This document shows positions 24,422-32,458 of a stretch of DNA of 37,539 nt, in pieces; position 1 is the first letter of the stretch; each line of letters opens with the position of its first letter. Both the position numbers and the translations under genes were made by a program. This stretch comes from a virus. The stretch covers positions 1 to 37,539 of the IMG/VR virus record IMGVR_UViG_3300018083_000020; one strand, given 5' to 3'. The notes under the pieces were generated by a model, which was not told the DNA's origin, ran no database searches, and saw only the letters and a program-made list of their open reading frames with translations.

Positions 24422-24597
24422 TGGGATATTGGGTAGACGAAAATACGTATCAGTTCGACGATGAAAAAGAAATGATGGCTGATTTAGGTATCGATGCCGA
24501 CACGGTAAAGGGCGATTACGCAGAAGCGCATCACCACATATCTAGATTTTGGAATCGATCGGAAATAGACAAGCGGTTCATAACGGGGGGAGATTAG
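24421..24597 (+). CDS. Small hypothetical protein (58 aa).
   Basis: TGATG overlap with the TerL stop. GGGAGGA upstream. Confidence 0.5.
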   Translation: MGYWVDENTYQFDDEKEMMADLGIDADTVKGDYAEAHHHISRFWNRSEIDKRFITGGD

Positions 24598-24776
24598 TGG
24601 ACTATCAAGCACTGCTTCAGGCCGTCGATCATTGGAAAGAAGAAGCTAAAAGATACGAATGGATGTTTCTAGAACAAAAAGAAATGTGTGATGGATATCG
24701 TGAAGTGATCCAAGAATTGGAGCAGCACATAAGGGCACTTCAATTAAATAAATTTGTCGATAAAAACGATGTCTAG
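24597..24776 (+). CDS. Small coiled-coil protein (59 aa, GTG start), paralogue 1.
   Basis: TAGTG overlap. Ends LNKFVDKNDV. Confidence 0.45.
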   Translation: MDYQALLQAVDHWKEEAKRYEWMFLEQKEMCDGYREVIQELEQHIRALQLNKFVDKNDV

Positions 24777-24788
24777 AATACGGTATCA

Positions 24789-24944
24789 ATGAATGATTTT
24801 TGGGGAATGATTCGGCGTCTCGGTAGATGTAAGTGCGATCTATGTCAAAGCCACATTAAGGAAGCGCTGAAGGAAGAAAACGAAAGACTCGAGGCTATTC
24901 GACAAGCATCTTTGAATAAAACAATTGACAAAAACGATGCCTAA
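24789..24944 (+). CDS. Small Cys-containing coiled-coil protein (51 aa), paralogue 2.
   Basis: Ends LNKTIDKNDA. Its 3' end is 27/36 nt identical to the 3' end of the preceding gene. Confidence 0.45.
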   Translation: MNDFWGMIRRLGRCKCDLCQSHIKEALKEENERLEAIRQASLNKTIDKNDA

Positions 24945-24993
24945 AATGGAACGTCTGTGATATAAAGTATTTTAATTCACAGGGACGCTCTAG

Positions 24994-27036
24994 ATGGGTT
25001 CATACGAGTCAGGCCAGTATGCTATCGGGGGCGGCTACATAGATCCCTCTGACGTACAAGCTAAAGACATCAAGCAGATGATGGATTGGTTCTACCAGTC
25101 CAACTACACTACGAACTCAACCTATTGGCTTCAGGGCGCTATTGACAAGCGATTCAAGGTTGGAGATCAGCAGCTCTACAACCAATTCTACGGAAATAAC
25201 GCGCAGAACGTTCAGAAGTTCTTCTTCAACCTGATTCGCCGTCACATCAACATGATTGTTGGCTATCAGCGCAAGAACAGAAAGTCCACGGTTACTGTTC
25301 CAGTCCTAAATGATTCCGATCCTATCGCGGATGACTACAACAAGGTCATGCGTTGGGTTGATGATAGGGATGGATTTCAGGAATATCTATCTCAAGCATT
25401 TGAAGGGGCCTGCGACACGGGAGAGACACTTCTACATCTATATCCCGACTACACCTTCGACCCGGTCTCAGGAGATCTATTCACAGACTGTGTGGCCTAT
25501 AACAACTACCTTATAGATCAGTACACTAGGAAGCAGGATTTATCAGACTGTAATGGCATCTGGCGCCGGCGTTGGACCTCTAAGGAAGAAGCCAAGGCTC
25601 TTATTCCCGGATACGCGAAAGAAATAGATAAGATGAAACCTGGGGGAATGAAAGATGGAAGATTCCCATTGCAGGCTGAGTTGCAGAATGTGGCCATCTC
25701 TAACTTATTTACGTACGACGAATTCTATTACCGTACGACTCGCCCTGGCAAGATCATCGTTGATCCTTACACTGGAGAAGCCGTCGAGTGGGAAGATGAC
25801 GAGACAGAAGAAGAAGGGATGATGGAGCGCGTGCTCTATCAGCAACCTTGGTTGCAGGTCAAGAAAACAGATATTCCTACGGTTAAGCTCGTCATATGCC
25901 TTTCCGGAAAAGAAGTATATCACGGGAAGAATCTGCTAGGAATTGATCAATATCCATTTGTTCCCGCACAGTGCTACATCGAACAGGATATACAGGCATA
26001 TGCATGGAGAAAGCAGGGAATTATACGAAATTTACGTGACTCTCAGTTCCTCTACAACATGCGCAAGGTCATTGAGCTACAATTATTACAAAGCTCGCTC
26101 AATGCAGGTTGGATCTACCCCGTGGATGTGGTCCCTGACCCCAAATGCTTCCGTCAGACCAGCGGCGGCGACGGTTTCCTTATCCCGCTCAAGGCCGGTC
26201 ACCTACCCAACGAAATAGAGCGCATCAACCCCGTAGCTATTCCACAATCTTTACTTGAACTTTCTGCAAGTTTAGCCGAGGATATCACTAAGATTTCGGG
26301 GGTAAATGAAGAGCTTTTGGGCGCAGCGACGGACGATAAGTCTGGGATTCTCAGTATGCTACGACAAGGCGCGGGACTTACTACATTACAAACTATATTC
26401 GACAAGCTCGATTATTCTCAGCGACTATACGGGAAGATACGCCTTCAGGCAATTCGTAAAAACTTCAGTAAGGGTAAAATACGCAATATCCTGGGTCATG
26501 AAGCAGATCCTAGATTTTTCTCATCTCATTCCCAGAAATACGCCGTTGCTGTTGAGGAGGGTAACTATTCTACGTCCCAACGTCAGATGGAACTGCAACA
26601 GCTTCTCCACTTCAAACAATTGGGGATGGCTATACCTGACAAGTCAATTTTGCGTGCTGCTTTTATCACAAATAAACAGCAAGTAATCCAAGAGATGGAA
26701 GAGCAGATGCAACAGCAGATGCAGCAACAGCAGGCAGAAGCCCAACAAACCGAGAAGATGGATAACGCTAAGATCATGGGCATGTTCGCCAAGGCCAAGA
26801 CTGACATGGCTCGTGAGCAAGATCTTAAGGCGTCCTCTCTAGAGCGTATGGCTAAAATTCAAGATCTCAACGCTGACTCTGTCTATAAATCAAGCAAAGC
26901 TGACCTAGAGATGGTCAAGACCATGATCGAACTTGAAGATATGGATCTGCAAAACCTGAAGAGTAATTTAGAACTCGCCGAGTATATCAAAGGGGTAAAT
27001 TCGGCATCACAACAAATGGCGGCAGCAGCTGTCTAG
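24994..27036 (+). CDS. Portal protein.
   Basis: 680 aa. Lies downstream of TerL. Motif FNLIRRHINMIVGYQRKNRKSTV, and a long Gln-rich coiled-coil C-terminal barrel-like tail. Confidence 0.8.
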   Translation: MGSYESGQYAIGGGYIDPSDVQAKDIKQMMDWFYQSNYTTNSTYWLQGAIDKRFKVGDQQLYNQFYGNNAQNVQKFFFNLIRRHINMIVGYQRKNRKSTVTVPVLNDSDPIADDYNKVMRWVDDRDGFQEYLSQAFEGACDTGETLLHLYPDYTFDPVSGDLFTDCVAYNNYLIDQYTRKQDLSDCNGIWRRRWTSKEEAKALIPGYAKEIDKMKPGGMKDGRFPLQAELQNVAISNLFTYDEFYYRTTRPGKIIVDPYTGEAVEWEDDETEEEGMMERVLYQQPWLQVKKTDIPTVKLVICLSGKEVYHGKNLLGIDQYPFVPAQCYIEQDIQAYAWRKQGIIRNLRDSQFLYNMRKVIELQLLQSSLNAGWIYPVDVVPDPKCFRQTSGGDGFLIPLKAGHLPNEIERINPVAIPQSLLELSASLAEDITKISGVNEELLGAATDDKSGILSMLRQGAGLTTLQTIFDKLDYSQRLYGKIRLQAIRKNFSKGKIRNILGHEADPRFFSSHSQKYAVAVEEGNYSTSQRQMELQQLLHFKQLGMAIPDKSILRAAFITNKQQVIQEMEEQMQQQMQQQQAEAQQTEKMDNAKIMGMFAKAKTDMAREQDLKASSLERMAKIQDLNADSVYKSSKADLEMVKTMIELEDMDLQNLKSNLELAEYIKGVNSASQQMAAAAV

Positions 27037-27044
27037 GAGTAATT

Positions 27045-27242
27045 ATGGCACATAGTAAAGAAGCTCATGCACAGATGCCTGGCGCAATGGGTAAGTTTAA
27101 CGATGGTCACTGGGAAAAGAAACCGGGCAATGTCGAATCAGCTGGTGGACGGTATGCGTCTGAAATGAATACAGCCGAAGAATATAAGAAGTCAGCTGAC
27201 GGATTAGCTAACTATGTAAAAAAGCATAGAGAGCAGCATTAA
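27045..27242 (+). CDS. Small hypothetical protein (65 aa).
   Basis: Its RBS lies within the junction TAGGAGTAATTATG. Confidence 0.5.
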   Translation: MAHSKEAHAQMPGAMGKFNDGHWEKKPGNVESAGGRYASEMNTAEEYKKSADGLANYVKKHREQH

Positions 27243-27281
27243 ACCACTCATAGCCGTTGGTGAAAGCCAATCTCGGGGGTT

Positions 27282-27317
27282 GCTAGTGTGTGCAGGCTAT
27301 GTGCACTAGCATTTTGT
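27282..27317 (+). terminator. Possible weak terminator or attenuator.
   Basis: GCTAGTG (27282..27288) pairs with CACTAGC (27304..27310), followed by ATTTTGTT. Confidence 0.3.
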
Positions 27318-27353
27318 TATATCGCGTTACATATGTAAACCATTGAGGATAAG

Positions 27354-27569
27354 ATGGGTAAGACTGTTAAACATAATCCCGATTACCTGAAAAATACAAC
27401 TGCTGATGTGATCAAGCACGGAAGCGGTAAAGCTGTTCCCAATGATCAATGGGAAGTAAACAGGGACATAACGCCAAAGGGAGCAGACAACTCATGGGGC
27501 GCGTTCTTACCTAGAGCCGGTAAGGATAGACCAACGCCGCACACCAAGACTAATGAATGTGACCATTAA
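27354..27569 (+). CDS. Small hypothetical protein (71 aa).
   Basis: GAGGATAAG upstream. Preceded by the 12-bp palindrome TTACATATGTAA. Confidence 0.5.
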   Translation: MGKTVKHNPDYLKNTTADVIKHGSGKAVPNDQWEVNRDITPKGADNSWGAFLPRAGKDRPTPHTKTNECDH

Positions 27570-27577
27570 GGATCATT

Positions 27578-27907
27578 ATGAAACTTAAAAACCAGGAACC
27601 TAGAAAGAGCGCTTTAAAAGCTATCGAGGGGACGCAAAGAAGTTCGAAAAAGTATAAGTCATCTGCTCATGTTAAAGAGGAAAAGGTTAAAGAGTACCGG
27701 AAAAAAGATGATGAACGCATCGCTAGGCAATTTTCGGGAGAATCTAAGAAAGAAAGAACTAAAGCGGCTAGAGAAGGATCGAAGCAGTACGAAAAAAAGG
27801 CTTCTACGACTGAAAAAGTGAAGTCGTCGAGCAAGCACCTTCCGAAAAAGCAGGAAGTGAAGAAGCGTAGAATAAAAGCTGGTAGCCCCTCTTGGCATCA
27901 AATTTAA
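27578..27907 (+). CDS. Highly basic Lys-rich protein (109 aa). Candidate DNA-binding or packaged protein.
   Basis: About one third Lys+Arg by hand count. Lies between the portal and scaffold genes. Confidence 0.55.
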   Translation: MKLKNQEPRKSALKAIEGTQRSSKKYKSSAHVKEEKVKEYRKKDDERIARQFSGESKKERTKAAREGSKQYEKKASTTEKVKSSSKHLPKKQEVKKRRIKAGSPSWHQI

Positions 27908-27922
27908 TTGTAGAGAACGAAC

Positions 27923-28183
27923 ATGACCCCATGGTTTGAGCGAGTGTATCACACGGAACCCGTGAGAGAGTCAGATTGCGATAGAGAGCACAAGTCTATC
28001 GAGCTTTCGGACGAACAGATTTTGCGTCGAACTTGGGTCGATAAAGACGAGATTGCAAGAAATTTCGCAGGGGTAAACGGGGAATTAATTGTAAATTACC
28101 CTAGTCCTGGACCTGTTAAAATACATATTGACGAAAAACCCAAGCGTAAAATCCCCGGTCGAAAGCCTAAAAAGACGAGCTGA
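27923..28183 (+). CDS. Hypothetical protein with a basic C-terminal tail.
   Basis: 86-aa ORF. Confidence 0.5.
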   Translation: MTPWFERVYHTEPVRESDCDREHKSIELSDEQILRRTWVDKDEIARNFAGVNGELIVNYPSPGPVKIHIDEKPKRKIPGRKPKKTS

Positions 28184-28184
28184 T

Positions 28185-28826
28185 ATGAATGCTAAAAAAA
28201 CTAGGGTTTCTGCCGGCGAACTTTCAAGAAAAGCTTTGGCAGACGAGACCAAATATGACGCACTAGATATCGGCCACGCTATGGCAGATGATATCGATAA
28301 ACACCTAGAGGAGTGTATCGAGACACATCTTAACTATACCGATGAGGAAGGCATCCAGTCTTACCGCCTACTTGAGCAATTCTGCGTCGTCATGGTTATC
28401 GCTAAGGATAACCTCATAAAGAACGTAATTCGTCGTAAGTTCTATTGCTGTCCGTTCCTGCCTAGTCCACGTCCCAACCAAGCAGTTTTTCTATACACAA
28501 AGGCAGCAGGACGTATAACCAAACGCCTATGGGTGTTACCCAGTGATATGGTGATGGCAGAGTTAGCTGAATTAGCAATTGTAGACAAACGATATAAAAC
28601 CATGCAGGCATGGAGCGTCGCCTTTTTTGAGGGTAAGTTTTGGGAATATATCCGCTATGAAAGCGGCACCACAATGGTATCACAGCAAGAGTATCTCTCA
28701 CAGCATAGAGAAGAACTTATCCAGTCCGGCTGTAAGCTCCTTAATCCGGACTACACCCAAGCCTTTGATTTTGACAAGGTCAATATCGAAAAGGTCATAG
28801 ATACGCAGGAAGCCTTGATCGATTAA
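28185..28826 (+). CDS. Hypothetical protein (213 aa).
   Basis: The ATG is 1 nt after the upstream TGA. The last 129 nt overlap the antisense HhH gene. Confidence 0.55.
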   Translation: MNAKKTRVSAGELSRKALADETKYDALDIGHAMADDIDKHLEECIETHLNYTDEEGIQSYRLLEQFCVVMVIAKDNLIKNVIRRKFYCCPFLPSPRPNQAVFLYTKAAGRITKRLWVLPSDMVMAELAELAIVDKRYKTMQAWSVAFFEGKFWEYIRYESGTTMVSQQEYLSQHREELIQSGCKLLNPDYTQAFDFDKVNIEKVIDTQEALID

Positions 28827-29015
28827 AATCTTCTGAATCTTCGGATTTAGACAGAGGATTTCGATAGGGGCATCGGCTAGCATAAATTTCATAGTCGTTC
28901 GGTAATCGTGAAACTTCTGCTTCAGCTCTTGTTTGAGCTTGATCATGTCAATATCATTTTCAAAATTAACATTGATATTCTCAAAATTTTCTTTTAAATT
29001 GTCGATGTCGTTCAA
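28698..29015 (-). CDS. Helix-hairpin-helix protein resembling the RNA polymerase alpha-subunit C-terminal domain.
   Basis: PIEILCLNPKIQKILIDQGFLRIYDLFDIDLVKIKGLGVVRIKELTAGL parallels E. coli alpha-CTD [52 protein letters not shown]. It fills the 203-nt + strand gap. The start is either TTG 29015 (GGAG 7 nt upstream) or ATG 28946. Confidence 0.55.
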   Translation of the reverse strand: MNDIDNLKENFENINVNFENDIDMIKLKQELKQKFHDYRTTMKFMLADAPIEILCLNPKIQKILIDQGFLRIYDLFDIDLVKIKGLGVVRIKELTAGLDKFFSML

Positions 29016-29029
29016 AAGGAGACTCCAGC

Positions 29030-29836
29030 ATGACAGCGTTAAATTCCGAGGCGAAACCACCTGAGGCTCAAGCACAAGATAAACCTGACAGTAATTTGCT
29101 ACAAAATAATGTTGACACAACATTAGCACAACAAAAATCAGAAGTTCCAGAACAAAGTGGACAGGATCAAGCAGCGGTCATCGAAGATCCGAATTGGAGA
29201 GCATTCCGCGAGGCTCGGAAAAAAGATAGAGAAGAGAAAGAAGCGGCAGAGCGTAAAGCTGCTGAAAAAGAAAACGAAGTCGCAGCCTTAAAAGCGGCAA
29301 TGGAAGCGGCATTTTCAGCAAAATCTTCACCTTCACCGCAAGCATATCAGCAGTACTATGGGATGAATCAGGCCGATCAACCCGAAGAGAACGAAGAACA
29401 GCGGATCGAGCGTAAGGTGAATGAACTCCTTTCGAAGAAAGAGGATCAATATAAGAGACAACGAGCTGAGGAAGAGCAGCGCGAATACCCCAATCGTCTG
29501 ATGAAAGACTTCCCTGACTTCAAGCAGGTCTGTAGCCAGGAGAATCTGGACTATCTAGACTATCATTATCCAGAGCTTTCCAGACCACTACAACGCCTAA
29601 ATGAGGGTTACGACAAGTGGCATGATACATATCACGCGGTAAAGAAATTTATACCTAACCACTCCACGGCCAGAAAGGAAGCTGCTAGGGCTGATATGAA
29701 CAGCAATAAGCCGCGCTCCATTTCGAGCACTGGATCATCGCCAACGGGTGAACCAGCTAGAACTGGATGGCAAGACACAGAAGCTAGGCGCGCTGAAAAC
29801 TGGGCAAGGATGCAAAAAACCATGAAGGGTGTTTAG
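29030..29836 (+). CDS. Scaffolding protein.
   Basis: 268 aa, highly charged and helical (E/K/Q/A-rich). Immediately upstream of the major capsid gene. Confidence 0.6.
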   Translation: MTALNSEAKPPEAQAQDKPDSNLLQNNVDTTLAQQKSEVPEQSGQDQAAVIEDPNWRAFREARKKDREEKEAAERKAAEKENEVAALKAAMEAAFSAKSSPSPQAYQQYYGMNQADQPEENEEQRIERKVNELLSKKEDQYKRQRAEEEQREYPNRLMKDFPDFKQVCSQENLDYLDYHYPELSRPLQRLNEGYDKWHDTYHAVKKFIPNHSTARKEAARADMNSNKPRSISSTGSSPTGEPARTGWQDTEARRAENWARMQKTMKGV

Positions 29837-29988
29837 AATTAATTGATTAAAATAATGTTTATGTATATCGTCTGGATTGACGCTATTTAGGATTCGTCAC
29901 CCTTCGACTGCACAGTACCTCGTCAGTACGGCTGAAATTAGTTCATTCGCCATGAACGGAATTATCAACTGTATAAACGAGGTTTTTT

Positions 29989-30951
29989 ATGGCTACCGGA
30001 ATAACCGGAATTCAGAATATGGCCCCCGAATTGCCAGTACAGGCAAGCGAGGACCTACTCTCAACACCAATGTTTAACTTGATCCACAGCTTCGGTGTTG
30101 ATTTACATCATGCCGAAAGCTACGTGGGCAAAACGACTCGTATGTCGCGCTTTGAGCGCCTATCCACTGAAGGCGGTCAGCTTGATGGTTCGGGTATTGA
30201 CCCGGCGTCCGAAGTGCCAGTGCGTACCGATATCGATGCGACCATGGAAATCTATGCGAAATCCATAGTTACTAACGAACAGGTCGTGCTGTGGGAAAAT
30301 TCTAAAACACTAACCAAATTCACAGCTTTGCTGGGACAATGGTTACGTGAAAAAGAAGATCTGCTGATGCGCGATCTATTCGCTAGCTCAGTCTCCTATA
30401 TCAACGCGACTGGCGGTTTGAACGGAGATCAACCAAGTAACATCTCCTTGAATGACGTTAACAACATCGAAAACATCCTGCTCGGCAACGATGCAAGATC
30501 GATGCTTACTTCACTCGAGGCTACTCTGAAGTTCGCTACTGGTGGTGTCCGCGATGCATTCATTGCTCTCGCTAACACAAACCTTTGCGCAGATCTTCAA
30601 AAAGTGCAAGGCGTATTGCTCAAAAATGCGTACCCAACACAAGAAGGTATTCGCCCAGAAGAGTATTGCTCTATCAGCAGATTCCGGATCTTCGTTTCCT
30701 CTAAGGCAGCTAAGACGCCTGGTATCTCACTGCGTGGTAATACGGTCTATACGATCCCAATGTTCGGTCTAGAAGCCGCTGCTAAAATCGAGCAGAACAA
30801 CTACACCGCAGTGATTGGATATCGTCCACCTTGGGTAGTGTCCTCTGTTGCACAGAACAGCCAGTTGTATGCCAAATTCGCCATCGCTCGAGCGATTACG
30901 AACCAAAACTGGATCTCTGGTTTGAACGTAACAACATTCCAACCTTCATAA
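29989..30951 (+). CDS. Major capsid protein (HK97-fold type; from memory, resembles the N4 gp56-like family).
   Basis: 320 aa. It follows the scaffold gene. Segment KTTRMSRFERLSTEGGQLDGSGIDP...IYAKSIVTNEQV is typical of this capsid class. It has a long 5' leader, and a strong terminator lies one gene downstream. Confidence 0.8.
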   Translation: MATGITGIQNMAPELPVQASEDLLSTPMFNLIHSFGVDLHHAESYVGKTTRMSRFERLSTEGGQLDGSGIDPASEVPVRTDIDATMEIYAKSIVTNEQVVLWENSKTLTKFTALLGQWLREKEDLLMRDLFASSVSYINATGGLNGDQPSNISLNDVNNIENILLGNDARSMLTSLEATLKFATGGVRDAFIALANTNLCADLQKVQGVLLKNAYPTQEGIRPEEYCSISRFRIFVSSKAAKTPGISLRGNTVYTIPMFGLEAAAKIEQNNYTAVIGYRPPWVVSSVAQNSQLYAKFAIARAITNQNWISGLNVTTFQPS

Positions 30952-30961
30952 GGAGATCAAC

Positions 30962-31984
30962 ATGGCGTTTACTATTCTTGACGGTAACAGTTTTACCTCG
31001 ACAGGCGCTGGGAAAAAGATTCCGGTGCCTAGTTCCGCAGACTACATGAGAGTGGTCAATATGACTCAACTTCCATTGGCTCCCGCAACACCCGTTGTTG
31101 TAGTTTCTGAATGGTTTGGACCTAAGTTTGGTGTTGGTGCTAGCGCTGCTAACGACGGTATCCGTTGGAAGAAGTCGGCTAACACTAGTGTCATGAACTT
31201 AGATACGTTTGCCACTTCAACGGCATCGAACGGTTTCACATACGTTCAAACCGCTCCAGTGGTAGAAGCGCAGTCAGCTAACGCGATTACAGCTATTACA
31301 GCTGCATCGCCTGGTGTTGTCACTCAGACAAACACCTATTCTGATGGCGACATTCTTCAGTTTTACAGCACAACAGGGATGCTGCAACTGGGTGGGATGG
31401 CATTTCAGATTTCTAGCACCTCTGGATCTGGCTATACATTGACCGGGTTGAGGGCGGCAGGTTTCGCTTCTCCAGGAACAGCTGGTTTTACACGTCGTAT
31501 TTCCAAATACGCCGCTGTCGAACCTCAGTTCTTATACATCACCGAGATTACAAAGGCGACACAAGCGGTCGTAAGAACGTCTGTTGATCCTAGTCAATAC
31601 TACGTTGTCGGTATGAAGATTCATTTTAGCATTCCGTTCTCATTCGGGATGTATCAGATGAATCAGCTCACCGGAACCATCGTAGCGGTATCGGCTGCCA
31701 ACTACACGTTGACAGTTGATATTGACAGCAGCGCTTTTAACACCTTTGCGTTCCCGGCTTCAACAGCGTCACCGACAGCTGCGCTGTTCGCGACCCTGGC
31801 TCCTGCTGGTGCGTCGACACAATTCAACCCTGTAACGAACGTGCAGACCGGATACGATTTCCAGTATCAGCCTTTCCGAACAGGCGAATTCACGCCTTAC
31901 ATGTATCTAGCCGGCGGCGCTCAGTCTCCAGCAGGTGCAGCGTCTGATGTGATTAACTGGATGACGTACAAGCTCGAGTCGTAG
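30962..31984 (+). CDS. Putative capsid decoration or head-fibre protein with two small beta-barrel-like domains.
   Basis: 340 aa, immediately after the capsid gene and before a strong terminator. It contains two copies of the domain that recurs in the next three structural genes. Confidence 0.45.
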   Translation: MAFTILDGNSFTSTGAGKKIPVPSSADYMRVVNMTQLPLAPATPVVVVSEWFGPKFGVGASAANDGIRWKKSANTSVMNLDTFATSTASNGFTYVQTAPVVEAQSANAITAITAASPGVVTQTNTYSDGDILQFYSTTGMLQLGGMAFQISSTSGSGYTLTGLRAAGFASPGTAGFTRRISKYAAVEPQFLYITEITKATQAVVRTSVDPSQYYVVGMKIHFSIPFSFGMYQMNQLTGTIVAVSAANYTLTVDIDSSAFNTFAFPASTASPTAALFATLAPAGASTQFNPVTNVQTGYDFQYQPFRTGEFTPYMYLAGGAQSPAGAASDVINWMTYKLES

Positions 31985-32017
31985 TCGATAGGTAAGTTGG
32001 CTTTTAGATAGAGGCCC

Positions 32018-32050
32018 GGGGAGGGGACAATTAGACCCCTCCCCTTTTAT
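32018..32050 (+). terminator. Rho-independent terminator or attenuator.
   Basis: GGGGAGGGG (32018..32026) pairs with CCCCTCCCC (32036..32044). 9-nt loop, then TTTT. Confidence 0.8.
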
Positions 32051-32061
32051 GAAGGAATAGG

Positions 32062-32457
32062 ATGGCTAATCAGTATTTACCAGGTGTAAACACCATACCC
32101 AACTCGCTAGTGATCACAGCGATCACCAAGGCGATGCCTATGGTTGTTACTACGACACTGGTTAATACTTCGCCAAATCCTAGAGTTAATACCTATCGCG
32201 CGGGAATGAATGTGAAGTTATATATCCCGCGACCATATGGCATGTATCAGGCCAACGGACTAGTGGGGACGATACTAGATGTGACAGGGAACGTTTTCGC
32301 TCTAGGGATAGATTCTTCTCTTTTCGATACCTTTACCGTCCCGGTTACCCTCGTTGAATCGCCTGCGAGTCTTTCCCCGGCAGGTTCCAGAAACTTGGAG
32401 TACGACAACTTTACCAATGATGTTCCTTTCCAGAACTTAAATAACATAGGAAATTAA
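32062..32457 (+). CDS. Small structural protein, a paralogue of the C-terminal domain of the preceding gene.
   Basis: ITAITKAMPMVV...GMNVKLYIPRPYGMYQANGLVGTILDV...LGIDSSLFDTFTVP aligns with ITEITKATQAVV...GMKIHFSIPFSFGMYQMNQLTGTIVAV...TVDIDSSAFNTFAFP. Confidence 0.6.
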   Translation: MANQYLPGVNTIPNSLVITAITKAMPMVVTTTLVNTSPNPRVNTYRAGMNVKLYIPRPYGMYQANGLVGTILDVTGNVFALGIDSSLFDTFTVPVTLVESPASLSPAGSRNLEYDNFTNDVPFQNLNNIGN

Positions 32458-32458
32458 G

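Noticed and set aside
24921-24950. TTGACA...TAAAAT, and the equivalent TCGATA...TAGAAT at 24755..24780, as sigma70 promoters for the portal gene.
   Set aside because: The hexamers are only 11 nt apart, far from the 16-18 nt optimum. The block is better explained as the duplicated 3' end of two paralogous mini-genes.
29877-30077. 66-aa ORF in the leader upstream of, and overlapping, the capsid gene start.
   Set aside because: It has a TTG start without an RBS, overlaps the capsid start out of frame, and has an implausible composition. The region is more likely a 5' leader or promoter.
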